A stretch of 44,426 nt of DNA, counting the filler, from Moniliella sp. 'wahieum' (Eukaryota), in the NCBI GenBank assembly GCA_003971905.1. It is 3 parts of 3 records of this genome, joined end to end, with 100 filler letters (N's around TTAATTAATTAA, not from the genome) between each part and the next. Parts side by side here need not be neighbours in the genome. Positions count along the whole stretch, not along the records: positions 12,305 to 30,413 come from RSEE01000220.1; positions 30,514 to 44,426 come from RSEE01000222.1; 1 more part is not named here. One strand, written 5' to 3'. The notes under the pieces were generated by a model. That model worked only from the letters and a program-made list of their open reading frames with translations. It ran no database searches and was not told the origin of the DNA. The translations under genes and the position numbers were made by a program. Shown in pieces: positions 22,501 to 34,323 of the stretch; the stretch's first letter is position 1, and every line of letters begins with the position of its first letter.

Positions 22501-25177
22501 CGAAGCCCAACCACACCGTTCCCAACGCGGCGGTCACACACCAACAGTCAAATCGAAGCCCCTCTGGATCGCTGCTGCGACGTGGCTTCGACGAGGGCGT
22601 ACGGAAGGGGGGATGCGTATCTCCACATCGAAGAGAAGTGTTGGCTCACTCGCCCTGCCCCGCATCGCCTATCTTCCAAGTCGAGCCAAGAGGAAACCCT
22701 GCGTGCACTCTATTCTCTTCATCTCCCCTCTTGGACCCTCCATTACTCGCATGTTCTCAAATCAGGTTGAGCCGGTCGACAGCCGCCGCCACGTGGGGCA
22801 CAGCTTGGAGTCTGGGGCCCATACCATCCGCCAAATGACCCAACCCTCACCCATCCTGCGTCCCGTTTGCCTTCAGGGCATTTTTTCTACTAACCTTGCT
22901 TTATCCCTATCTTGCTGGTATGCATTCAAATTTAGTACAGATCAACTGGAACCCATGGTCCACATGCATGGCATCGCACGACATGGCACCCAGGCCGGGA
23001 TGCAGCTTGAAGCCTCGGGGGCATCCTCGTTTTACGAAATCCGACTCGTTGGACCCTGGGACGCCTCGGAGGATGACCTTGGAGACAGAGGCGGGGTCAG
23101 CGAATCGTCTGATTGCTGCCGCTCCCTTTAGCGTCTCCGTGTGACTCGTTCGGCTCTGGGGGAGGAGGGCCGTGGACATTTGTGCCGCCGCTGCTGCTCG
23201 GTAGTGGTGGGTAGATCAAGGCGAGGGGTGGGCAGGGAAGGCGTCGCATCTCCCACGGCGGCAGCTGCGTTGGCCTTTTTCGGAGACAAAATACTGACAA
23301 TCGCGGCAGAACAGCAATTGAAGACGAGGACATTTCTCCAGGTTGTGATCGCGTCGAGGGCAGCGCGGACGAGAATGAATGGGTCACGAAGTCCGAGGCA
23401 GCAACCTGGCCCTTGAGGAGCAGGCAGACGCGAGCGTGTCTGCGGGCGTCACAGGAGGTCGAGGTGGATGTCGAGCAAGCCGAGCAGGTATAGCAGCTTG
23501 CCGAAGGCAGGCAGAGGGTCAAAGCTGGTGCATGGCCGTCAGGCGGGAATGGAAGGGCACGTACCAGACTCTGACGGCCGAATGGTGATGCGGACGCGGG
23601 CCAACTCGGGGACGCAGGACAATCTGGGTTGAAATGATGAGCAGAAGGACGGCCACCGCAAGCGGGGGCGTCGATGGCGAGCCAGGCGAGGCCGAGTCAG
23701 CCGGCGCCAAGGAGAAGGGCGAGAGAGACCGCTGCTATCGGGGGAAGGGGGCTGGCTGCACGCAGGGAGCCCAAGGCGGGACAGGCGGCCCGAGGAGGAG
23801 ACCCTGAAGTAGAGGCAGGGCTTGCCCTTCTCCGAATTCAACAGTGCTGCCAAGACGGCCGAAAGCGCCAGCAAAAAACGATGAGGTGGAGGAGGCCTGC
23901 GCGATCGTGGGATGGCGGTGGTGGGTAGGGGGTTAGGGGGGCACGGTAGGACACGTTCGGGCAACAATGTTGTGTGACGCGTACATGTCGTGATGATGCA
24001 TGACGGTCATATATCACGGCAATTGCCCTAGACAGGCGCACTGTATCGGCCCAGGATGGGCCCAGCACGCCACCTTTATTGGTGGGGATACCTGTACGTG
24101 GTTCATATCCTTCTGAGGTGGCCCAAGTTGCTGACATTTTGCATTGGCCAGACGCACTCGGAGCGCCCACATTCGTGGCCGTTGTCACATCAACGTCCCT
24201 CAGCAGTCGTACAAGGCACCCAAGGAGATGGTTCCTCCACTGCGCGCTTGGCCATAGGCAGCACCATTGGCAAAGGCAAGGCACGCTTCGCACTTGCCCG
24301 CGGCTGCGCCAACCGCGCATGAAGGCGGCGGCGCCCGCAAACCGAACATCCCGGCGAGCAACCGCAGTCGACCGCACCCCCCATGCCGCCCGAAAGAGCG
24401 GCTGTCTGCTCGCATCCGCGCGTGGCTCATGGCGGCGGGGTGGGCATGGCCAACCGGCTGAGGGTCCCCGTGGCGGTTGACGGTTAACCGTCTGGCTTGG
24501 CGCGCCGAAGCGGTCGCAATTCATATATTCATCCACACTGGGTGCGGCCGCGCCGCCTATAAGCCTGGCGCGCCCGGTTTGGTCTCGACGCGTGTAGGCG
24601 GCTTTTGTTCTTCGCCACCAGCCAACACGTGGGACCTGCGGCACCTCCTGTCATTTCCTCTCGCTACGCACCAAGCCGGATGCGTCACGGGGCGCACGCT
24701 CCTTTCCTCCGCTTCTCGCTCCCCATCCGTGTTCATTCAACACCCGAATTACCATCAAGAGCGCGGCTGGGTTAGCGAGGTCGACATGCTGCGTGATGAA
24801 ATACAAGTCAACCTGAAGGGGGCCCACCCAGGGGGTACCGTAACTTTGACAGGGGGTGATGCCTGTACGTGTTTTTACACTTCTGCTGCAAACCAAGCTC
24901 CTGACGTTTCACATTAGCTGGACGTAGGCTCCAGAGGCAATATGCGCGCGCTCTGGCCGCCCTTTAAGGTGCCAATGCAGGGAGTGCTGGGAAAGACAGG
25001 GCACATCACGGCGGCCCCTGCGGATCCGCCGGCAGGGAAGGCCTCTACGGCTGGCGAAGAGCAGGTGCTGCTCCATGCTGCTGTTGCGCGGGACGGGCGC
25101 GTAGAACAGGTACGGAGGACGCGCGGCTGCTCTTCATCCCCCTCGTTGTATCCCTCTGAAGAGAATGGCAGTGTGTG

Positions 25178-25640
25178 TGTAACGGTGTGGCCTCCCGGGC
25201 GATGACAACCTCGCCGACGGGGGCACAAAGGGGAGCCTGCCCTCTGGCTCGTCAGGCAAGGGGACCAGTCGTAGGCCCGAAGCACGAGCTTCGTACCCAA
25301 GAGGCGTCCCCCCTCTGCCTTCCTAGCGATAGCGTTCCTAAGCTGAGTCCTGGAGAAGGCGGCGTTGAGGGTGGACGTAGGACAAGACGATTGGTCGCTT
25401 GCTCCATGCATTCTTAGTACAGAGCGGGTCTTTATATAGGCAGGCAAAGGCCCGCAAGTCGTACAATAGGCAAGCGGCCCGACTGTGGTCTGTTGAAGAC
25501 CACGTGGCTGATGGCTCCCGCCGATCTGCACGCGCGGAACATCGGCGATCGAACTGATCAGAAGCCAAGAGCGAACGATAAGCAGCGGCGGCGCCAACGG
25601 AAATATCTCCGGTGGCTGTGCTGCGCATCGCCCCGTGACA
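25178..25640 (-). repeat. 3' LTR (463 bp)
   Basis: TG...CA ends with 7/8 terminal inverted match; preceded on the minus strand by the polypurine tract at 25644-25650. Confidence 0.92.
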
Positions 25641-26333
25641 TTACCCCCCTACTACGCTCTTGGCTGCAGAGCGCAGAGGCACCTCCTCCTCACGTCGAGA
25701 GAGGATATGGGATGTAGTCCAAAGTTGATCAAGTAGTGGTGTCCAGCTGGCTGCTCACTTCGAAGACCTTCCCTGCCCGTCGGAGACGAGCTCACGTTGG
25801 ACTGACGCGTTCAGATCCAAGGTCTAGAGTCACCGGTGTGTACGTAGGAGAGTCGCGAGCAATGCTTTGCTGTGCGTCGAGCCGAGCCTGAGCAGCGGTC
25901 TGCAAGCAGAGGTTGCGAGAGGTGCAGCGGTCTGCGAGCAGAGGTTGCGTGTGTGTAGGGGCTGGACGCGAAAGCGGTGTGCTCCGATGGGTTGGTCAAT
26001 GGGTGTCGAGCAGAGCCATTCGAGTCGGCAGGGTTCCAAGACGCGACAGGGAACGTTTCCCTCTTCTTCTCCACCAAAAATCTTCGTCACCGTGACGATC
26101 GTGTAAAAACCATAGGAGAAGAAGGTCCTGCGTCTTGCGGTTCTGCCTAGCGGCGTATGTGGACCACTAGCTTTTGATCCTTGTTTCCCACGCGATGGGT
26201 GGTAATCCCGACACGACGTTTCCGGTTGCTGGAATCGTTCTCAGCGGCATCGCTGATGCAAATCTTGTCGTGGCGGCGGGATACGTTCCATCTTGACACG
26301 GCGTGGGAAAACTTGGTCCAGTCGGTGCCGGGG

Positions 26334-26347
26334 AAGCGACCAATCGT
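26334..26347 (-). promoter_or_regulatory. Primer-binding site complementary to the element's own predicted transcript 5' end
   Basis: Minus-strand ACGATTGGTCGCTT, 2 nt after the 5' LTR, is the exact 14-nt complement of minus-strand AAGCGACCAATCGT inside the LTR (26560-26573), which begins 32 bp downstream of the TATA box. Confidence 0.85.
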
Positions 26348-26349
26348 AA

Positions 26350-26811
26350 TGTAACGGTGTGGCCTCCCGGGCGATGACAACCTCGCCCGACGGGGGCACA
26401 AAGGGGAGCCTGCCCTCTGGCTCGTCAGCAAGGGGACCAGTCGTAGGCCCGAAGCACGAGCTTCGTACCCAAGAGGCGTCCCCCCCTCTGCCTTCCTAGC
26501 GATAGCGTTCCTAAGCTGAGTCCTGGAGAAGGCGGCGTTGAGGGTGGACGTAGGACAAGACGATTGGTCGCTTGCCTCCATGCATTCTTAGTACAGAGCG
26601 GGTCTTTATATAGGCAGGCAAAGGCCCGCAAGTACAATAGGCAAGCGGCCCGACTGTGGTCTGTTGAAGACCACGTGGCTGATGGCTCCCGCCGATCTGC
26701 ACGCGCGGAACATCGGCGATCGAACTGATCAGAAGCCAAGAGCGAACGATAAGCAGCGGCGGCGCCAACGGAAATATCTCCGGTGGCTGTGCTGCGCATC
26801 GCCCCGTGACA
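26350..26811 (-). repeat. 5' LTR (462 bp) with TATATAAA box
   Basis: Direct repeat of 25178-25640; minus-strand TATATAAA at 26605-26612. Confidence 0.92.
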
Positions 26812-26999
26812 GTGTGCCTCCTCTGCACTCGGAGCAAAAGACGCCATCTCCAGTAGGGCCCCCATATCCAATGCGTCGGCGAGAATTCTGATATCGGCAT
26901 TGACTCTGCTACTGATGTACGAGCTGCGGGAGAGGGTCGCACGGGTGCCAACATGGACGGTACCCTGGAGCTGGTGGCGAAGACAAAGCACCATACACC

Positions 27000-27600
27000 T
27001 GAGAGCCCGATCCCTACTATGGCCAAAGAGCGCCGATGGCTAGCAATGGCCGCCTTTCTTGCATGTGATCCTCCTAACGCCGAAAACGAACATCTGCACG
27101 GCCCACTTAACACCTGGGCCGCGATTTCCTCTGTCGGTTTTACATATCTGATGACGACCCCACCCGCACTTCCTTGGTATGATGTACTGACTAACGCGCT
27201 TGTGCCGGCGGGGGAGTACAGGCACGAGTATGCGAACAGAGATGATCAACAAGGATATCTGACTAGGGCAAGGACGTGAATCAAGCCAGTGTCCGCTTTT
27301 CATGTATGTGGGAGATGTTGGTGGTACGGAATCGTTACGCACTTGGCCACTCCCCAATAATACTGTGGAAGCTGCCAAGTCATGTGCTTCCAGGCCCCGT
27401 CTCGCCGTGGGGCCAATATCCTACTGCTGCATATTAAGTACCCCTCCCCTCTTCTCTCAGGTGGGAATCAAGTCCACAAGAGGGAGGGGCAGATTGTGCA
27501 TCGGCTGGACATCTCGTACAGAAGGCGACCGAGGCGAAGAGCCCGAGTGAAACAGAAAAGGTTCCACTATGTTACGTTGCTCGACTTAAAACACAGCGTG
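27000..27600 (+). pseudogene. Decayed CRE-clade RT fragment, paralogue of 11330-12040
   Basis: ANILLLHIK, FSQVGIKS and KRFHYVTLLDLK; DNA is colinear with 11715-12040. The 5' boundary is approximate. Confidence 0.78.
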
Positions 27601-28447
27601 TAAGATGTGCAAGTGCAACGTGCCAAGACCGTTGGCTTCTTCATTGGAACTAGAATCGCCCGAGTGACGTTCTTGCGGCCAAAGCGCGGATCAAGCCACT
27701 CGCCTAAATGGCCTCCCGTTCCCGCATCGGTCGTTCCTTTTACAATGGGTGCTTGCAGCAAACCCTCCGTCATCTGCTTCCCCCTAGGCGGAGAAACGGA
27801 CCGGATGCGATCCAAACTCCCTTCGGTAGGTGGTGGTTGATCAATGGTAGGACCAAGTTGTCATCCCCATTCTGTCGGTTTAGGCAAATATGTGTTGCTG
27901 CTCTTCATCTTGGCCTTGCTAAACGCGCCAAAGCATCGGCTGCGCAGCAAGACGAACGTATGGGGGATCAAGTGATCGGCCGCCCACCAAAGGGAGATAC
28001 GAGTCTGTCCTGGACATGGCACAGGAAGACGACGGTTTTGCTCTGCCGCCAGCCAGAACACGACGCTGCTTCCGAGTAGACGCTCGAGCCGTCACGTGTC
28101 AATCGCGCCCTCAGAGCCCCCTTGAGAGCATGTCTGTGCCCAAAACGGGTGAGGCCAAATCAAGACCCCCGTTCCATCACGCGGCCGGTTGCAGAGGCTG
28201 ATGGAGCGTAGCCGACAGCATGGCGAGCTGAGCGCTCCCCCCAAGATCCGGCTGGCCGAGAGGATGGGGTACGTGCTCATCCCCCTCCTTGGCTCTGTCT
28301 GAGATCTGATGGTCCCGCTTGTGGTGCGTGTTTGATGGTTGGCCCTGGTTGCAAGTAGAGTGGCTGCGCTACTGGTGGACTGCCAGCGTTTTTTTGGTAG
28401 TTCATCTCCGAAGCATCTGTCGGCGTGTAATGCATGAGAACCACACC

Positions 28448-28915
28448 CTAAAGAACTGGCTTTCCCCCTGATCCAAGCCCAAGCGCCAGGGGAACAAGTT
28501 GAGGCGTGTAGAGGCTGTATTGCGGGTCTCTAGGCTGGAAAGGACGGGAAGCTGGCGGTGGTGGAAGACGCGGTGCGAGTGGTGCTTCTGGGCCACAGCG
28601 CTGGCGATTGTTGCTCGCAGTGGTTAGTTCGAGTGATGGAGCAGGCGTGCGTCGCCCGAAAAGAGTTGCAAGCCTAGTAGTTACTAGCATACTTATTTGG
28701 CGGATAGAACGGAAGACTATAGGTAACTTTTTGCTTAGTGTCTCGTCGATCGCCGTTTGCTGCGTCTTCCTTTCGCAATTATTGAAGTTGTCCCTCACGC
28801 CCGGCACATTGTTCAGTGTTACTAGAACTGATACTTCTTTGATCCAAACCTCTGTGGGTAGCCGCTCTTTAGGGTCGAGGAGGTCTGTTGTCCTGCTTGC
28901 AGCTTCAAGCTTCAA
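28448..28915 (-). pseudogene. Possible F-box-like gene fragment
   Basis: LLDPKERLPTEVWIK resembles the DPxxxLPxE(I/V) start of fungal F-box motifs; there is no other support. Confidence 0.3.
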
Positions 28916-30413
28916 GCTTCAAGCCAGGGCAGCTAGCTGTAAGTTTCTAGGAGCAGCACACGACATATACAGTCGAAGCACTGGGTCACTGTCAGCGAGC
29001 GTCGCCTTCGCCGTCACGCGCCACGCGCCATCGATCATCCATGGCAAGCACGGAGGTTGAACTGTTCAAGCGCTGGCACGTGCCTGGCCAGCATGCCATC
29101 GGGCCCAGCCCCGCCCGCCGCCGGCGGGCAGACGCCCCAGGCCATCATTGGGTCGCCATGGCCATCCGCTTGCGCGAGTGCGCGTCACGGCGCCGACGTG
29201 GAGAATGGTTCCGGCGCCACGGCGGCCCTCTGCCGGCACCGGCCTTGGGTCCCCGCCACGCCCCCCGCGCCCGCGCCGCCCGCCTGGCCAGCTCTTGCAC
29301 TGCCCTAGCCATGTTACGTCGGCCTCGTCCTCGCCCTCCTCACCCCTGGTCCAACTGGCGTGAGTCCCGTCCGCGCGCTGTGCTGGACTCTGGGCTGGCA
29401 AAACTTGCACCAAGTTCGCCTCCCCGCATCCGCCGCCCCCGCTGCCCCGTCGCTGCCGATACCGAACATGGGCACCGGAGCCACATCCCCTGGGCCTCCC
29501 AGCCCCTTCCCGCTGCCCCGCGTTCCCCCCCGACCGCTATCTGCCCCTCTTGCCCAATAAGGCTCCCTGGTCGATTTGGATGTGCAGGTGTGTTACCTTG
29601 GCCTTCCTGTACGCCTCCTGCCCGCGACGACAATCCCAATGGTCTGTTGGGCCGGTGCGCTGGAACGCTTTGCGACTCGCTCCTCGCGAGAGCCGGGGGC
29701 GAGTGAACAAGGCATCTGCCTCCGACCCTGCTGCCTAAATGCTCCCGAAGAGTTCTCCCTTATGGGTGCGTTGGGAGGGCTCTTCCCATTCTCATCTATG
29801 GCGTAGGCGGTGGGGGTCTCGACCAGCTGACTGGCGCCATTGAGCAAAAATGGATCTTCTACCGCCGTGCCAAGGTGCCCGAAGGCATGTCACCCAGCGC
29901 ATCGTTGATCTGCGCTTGGTCCAGCGTGGCGACCCAAGCCGCAGGGAGTTGGGTGGATGCGCATCAAGCTGGATCTACGCTCGCGTTGGATGGCTGGCGT
30001 CAAGACTGCTTCGGGAAACAAGCAGGGGCCCGCTCACCTCTACTATCGCCTGGACACATCGGGCCCAGCAAACGAAACACAGCTTCCGAGCATCACGGAG
30101 CTCGACGTTATTGTACTGTTCCCTCACTTTCCACCCCCTGGGATTGATTCCCTCTCGTGATTTCGCTTTGGATGCTGACGGTGAACATGATAGTATGGCG
30201 AGAACGAACCACTGCCCGGATTCTCCTTCATTGACAACCCCATCCTCCTGATAACCCAGCAAGCCACACGGTGGGATCCCGTTTAGCCGTTCGTCGAGAC
30301 CCGAGACCCGCCCAGGTACCTACCCATTGACTTTCCGCCCCGATGGGACGTTTAAGGTGCTCCAATTGGCGATCTACACTACAGTCTCTCGCGGCATCCT
30401 TGCCGCGATGCGG

Positions 30414-30513
30414 NNNNNNNNNNNNNNNNNNNNNNNNNNNNNNNNNNNNNNNNNNNNTTAATTAATTAANNNNNNNNNNNNNNNNNNNNNNNNNNNNNNN
30501 NNNNNNNNNNNNN
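30414..30513. other. Artificial contig-joining spacer
   Basis: N44-TTAATTAATTAA-N44. Confidence 0.97.
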
Positions 30514-30529
30514 AACCCTAACCCTAACC
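30514..30529 (-). repeat. Telomeric repeat at contig start
   Basis: AACCCTAACCCTAACC forms the first bases of contig 3. Confidence 0.8.
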
Positions 30530-32980
30530 AAGCGTCCGACGCGCGAGATGCGCCGGCGCGATGTGTGCGGACAAGGCCCACCGCCAAGTGACGCAGGGCA
30601 TGCTCGGCCGCCGGTCCGGACGCTGGAAGCGGACCAGGACACGGTGTCACTGACCGAGGCGACGTACCAGTCGCTGCAGGACAAGCACCCGACCGGCCCG
30701 CGCAACCGATGGCCGGTGTTGTGGTCCGGCAGGTTGCCGAGCGCCCGCCGCCGACGCTGACCGGCGACGCGATCGAGGACGACGAGGGCCACCTGCTGGA
30801 AGATCTCGAGGTTCAAGACAAGGATGTGGACCGTGCTGCTGCTAGCTTCTCCCGCGACGTGGGAGGCGGCGTCAGTGGCTGGTCCCAGCCGCTGCTGCGG
30901 CTCGCGCTCCAGCACGACGACTTCAAGGCGGCGGTCAAGTCGATGGCCACCGCCATGTACGCGGGCACCTGCCCCGGCGCCAGCTGCTCTGCACCAGCAG
31001 GCTCACGGCTCTTGCCAAGCCGGACGGAGGTGTGCGCCCCATTGCCTGTGGGGAGCTCCTCTACCGGCTCCTGGCCAAGATCCTCCTGCTGCACATCGAC
31101 GTCCGCTCGCCCCTCTTGCGCACCCAGCTGGGTGTCAAGTCCAAGGGCGGCGTGGAGCCGATTGTGCGGCTGCTGGACCGCGTCGTCACCGGAGGCGACC
31201 AAGGCAACGGCCCCGCGTGGGAGGACCGGTTCAAGTATGTGACGTCGCTCGACTTAAGAACGCGTTCAACAGCGTGGACCGACATGTGATGGCGCAGGCC
31301 GTCAACGACCACTGCCGCGAGCTGGTGCCCTTCTACCGCTGGGCATACGGACAGCACACGCAGCTGGTCGCGGGCGGTGCGGGGAACGTGCGCACGATTG
31401 TCAGCAGCAAGGCGTCCGGCAAGGCGATCCCTTTGGCCCCTTTTTCTTTTCCGTCGCGATCCGGGACACGCTCGCCGCGGCGCAGCGCGCGCTCGGCGAC
31501 GCAGGTGTGGTCGTGTCCTACCTGGACGACACCTACCTGCTGTCGCGCGAGCCCAACGCACTGTCGCTCGTGTCGGGCGCCCTGAAGCACGGAAAGACGG
31601 GGCTGGAGCTCAACGTGGCCAAGACCAGCGTCACCAGCGTGCAAGAGATGCAGGCCCAGGGTGCCAAGGTCCTCGGCTCGTGCATTGGGCCCCGGGACGC
31701 CCGCCTGGCCTTTTGCGGGACAAGATTGCGGACCAAGCCTCCCGCTACCCGCCCTGCATGGCCTTGCACTGCAGGACCGGCTGCTGCTCTTGCGGTCGTG
31801 CCTGCAGCACAACCTCCGCCACCTGCTGCGCTGCATGCGGACTGACGATATCGCGGAGGAGCTGCGCGAGATTGATGGGCAGCTGTGGCAAGAGGTCAAG
31901 GCCATCCGGGCGCCGACCCGAACGACGTGGAGGGACAACGGTGGGACGAAGCTCTTCTTTCCCTGCCGCCGCAGTGGCGGGCTTGGCTTCTTCTCCCACC
32001 TCGACGTTGCTCCCCACGCGCGGGCGGCCTCATGCGAGGAGGCGGATGTGTGGGTGGAAAAGGTGATTGCTGGCCGACCGGAGAGAGAGAGAGAGAGAGA
32101 CGCGCCAGCCGCCACGCGACAGTCGCAGCGGGAACGGACGACCGCCATGTTTGCCGACCAACAGGCGAAGCTACTGACCGAGCTGCCGCCCGAGTTGGGC
32201 CACCGGCTGCTAGAGAACGCCGAAGCGCTCAACCGGACGTGGATGTCGGTGGTGCCCTCGACTCCAGCTTTAACGCTTCCTGACCACGAGGTCATGGCTG
32301 GACTGCACCTCCGCACCCTCTGCCGGCACGCCGCCGTCTGCCGGAACTGCAACGGACCCTGCCAGATGTGGGGCACCTGCAGTCCTGCAACCGGTGGCGC
32401 TCGATTGGCAACTACCGCCATGAGATGCTCCGACGCTGCATCGTCAACCTGGCCCGGCACATTCCGGCCACCGAGGTGGAGACCGAGCCCTTCACCCAGC
32501 CGCAGCGCCCGGGCGCTACGACCGCACCGCCAACCGCACCGACATCAAGCTGACAGGAACCGGTGCCTCCAAGGGCACCTCGACATGCTACGACCTGACG
32601 TTTTGGTCTTTCGGGAACAAGACGCGCGACGCCGACATGCGCCGCGTCCGCCAGCAACTCGCCGCCACCACGCCGGCGCCCGAGCTGCGCAGGAAGGAGA
32701 TGGATGTGTTTGTCGAGACCGCCGCCAAGGACAAGCACCGCAAGTACGACGCGATTACTACAGGTGCTTTTGTGCCCTTGGTCTTTACCGCAGGCGGCTA
32801 CGCCCACGGCGAGGCCAAGGCTGTTGGCGCACTGGAAGGGGGAGGCGAACGCCGGTGCCTACCGCACGTTCACCGCCCTCTTTTCGTCCTGGCTCTTGCG
32901 TTGTGCGGTACAAGGCATGCGAGTCGCCCCTTCCCACCGCGCCCCCCCACGGATGGCGGGGAGGGGGCGATACTCGTAGA
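30530..32980 (+). mobile_element. 5'-truncated non-LTR retrotransposon, CRE/SLACS clade (Cnl1/MoTeR-like): RT plus C-terminal restriction-like endonuclease
   Basis: Motifs in order across frameshifts: RPIACGELLYRL (~31035), SLDLKNAFNSVDR (~31245), GVRQGDPFGPFFFS (~31410), SYLDD (~31516), GLELNVAKT, KVLGSCIG, SGGLG, CRNC..HLQSC zinc finger (~32338-32388), RHE, RTDIKL, YDLT, KHRKY and FVPLVFTAGG (~32770). The 3' boundary is uncertain (32910-33050). Confidence 0.92.
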
Positions 32981-33049
32981 GCCCCGCGCGGCGTAAGCCC
33001 AGATGGCGTACACCCCATCCTCGGTACTACTCTGTCAGAGCGTTTTAGG

Positions 33050-34323
33050 CGCCAGAAAATGCACCCCGGGATACTTTTCTGCCACAAGCATCATGACCTG
33101 GGCGTTTTCCTATGCTGCCTGCACCGCCTTGCTCGTGCACACCCCTCTTTTCCATGGCGGCGACCTACGCCGCTGGTGGAACATGTCCAATGTAGCTGAT
33201 TCTCTGACCCCCACGCCCGCCAACTCGCCCGCTACCGGCTGTTCCCACCTGGTGGTACCTGTGCTTGCTACTGGTTGACTTTGTCCTTGCTATCGCCATG
33301 GTGCACGTGTACCACACCTCGGTACCGGTTTGGGCGATTGTGCTTGCCCTGTTGGCGCTGGCTGCAATCTTCATTGTTCCAGTGGGCATTGTGTTGAGCC
33401 GGACGTCGGTGGAGCTGAAGTGTGTGGAGCATTGGCGACGTTGATGCTAGTGCTCTGCCTGAGCACACGACCATCCTTTCGCTCTTTCAGATATGCTGCG
33501 CGGGGACCATCGAACAGGCGATGCTCTACTGTGGCTGCTCCAAACTGGCAGTCTACTTTAAGATCCCGCCACGGATCACCTTCTTGTACTCGTTGGAACC
33601 CAGTTGGCCTGCTCAGTGTTGCAAAGTGGAATCGGGTGGGATGGAGTTCTGATACGCTGGAGCTCAGCCCGAACAAGCCAAACCGGGGTTGTAGGTTTGT
33701 ACGATCCCATATATTGGGCTGGCGTCGGGCTTCACAAGAACGGCTTCCTGCACCAATACCAGTGGACTCTGTACTTTTCCTTATTGGTGCAGTCGCGCCA
33801 CTGCTCTTGTACCTTGCCGGACGCATGTCCCCTCTCACTTGAATCACTTTGCTCACCTCCGCTCGATCCATTGGCCGCTCTTCTTTGGTGGCGTATCGCA
33901 ATTATCATTTTTCCATCGGCTTGCTGGACCTCCTGGTTTTTCTGGGGGGCTGTCACTAACCTACTGTTTCCCGTCGTCGGCAATTGAATTATTGGATTGC
34001 GTAGCCCACTACTCTCTCTTCACTTTGAATTGTTCCAGGGATGAATGTGGCTAACTCTCTTCTCTAACAAAATCTCTGGATTGGCTGTCGACAGGATGAA
34101 TTACATTCTCTCTGCCGCCGCTTCTGTGGGATGTTCGCTTTGTGCAGCCATCATCACTGCCATGGAGTATGCTACAGAGGGTACTGACACATGCTTTACC
34201 CGCTTCCTCAATCACCTGAGCAACCTTGGGCCCCAGAACGACTTCGGCGATGCTCTGGAAATTTTTTTGGTCTGGAACGACACGTTGTTTCCCAACAGGA
34301 ACGCGCCTTCCACCACGTCCTAG
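33050..34323 (+). pseudogene. OPT-family oligopeptide transporter, C-terminal half only (5'-truncated, frameshifted)
   Basis: TPGYFSATS..WAFSYAA..LLVHTPLFHG, PTWWYLCLL, VPVWAIVLAL, IFIVPVGI, KLAVYFKIPPR (family KLGHYMKIPPR), IHWPLFFGG and NYILSAA occur in OPT order. Confidence 0.85.

Larger units (their letters stand above)
25178..26811 (-). mobile_element. Complete miniature non-autonomous LTR retrotransposon (1634 bp, TRIM-like), Tf1/sushi-type self-priming
   Basis: Two near-identical LTRs (25178-25640, 26350-26811) bounded by TGTAACGG...CCGTGACA. A 5-bp TSD GTGTG lies at 25173-25177 and 26812-26816. A minus-strand PPT (AGGGGGG) is next to the left LTR and a PBS is next to the right LTR. 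The 709-bp interior has no gag/pol ORF. Confidence 0.93.
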
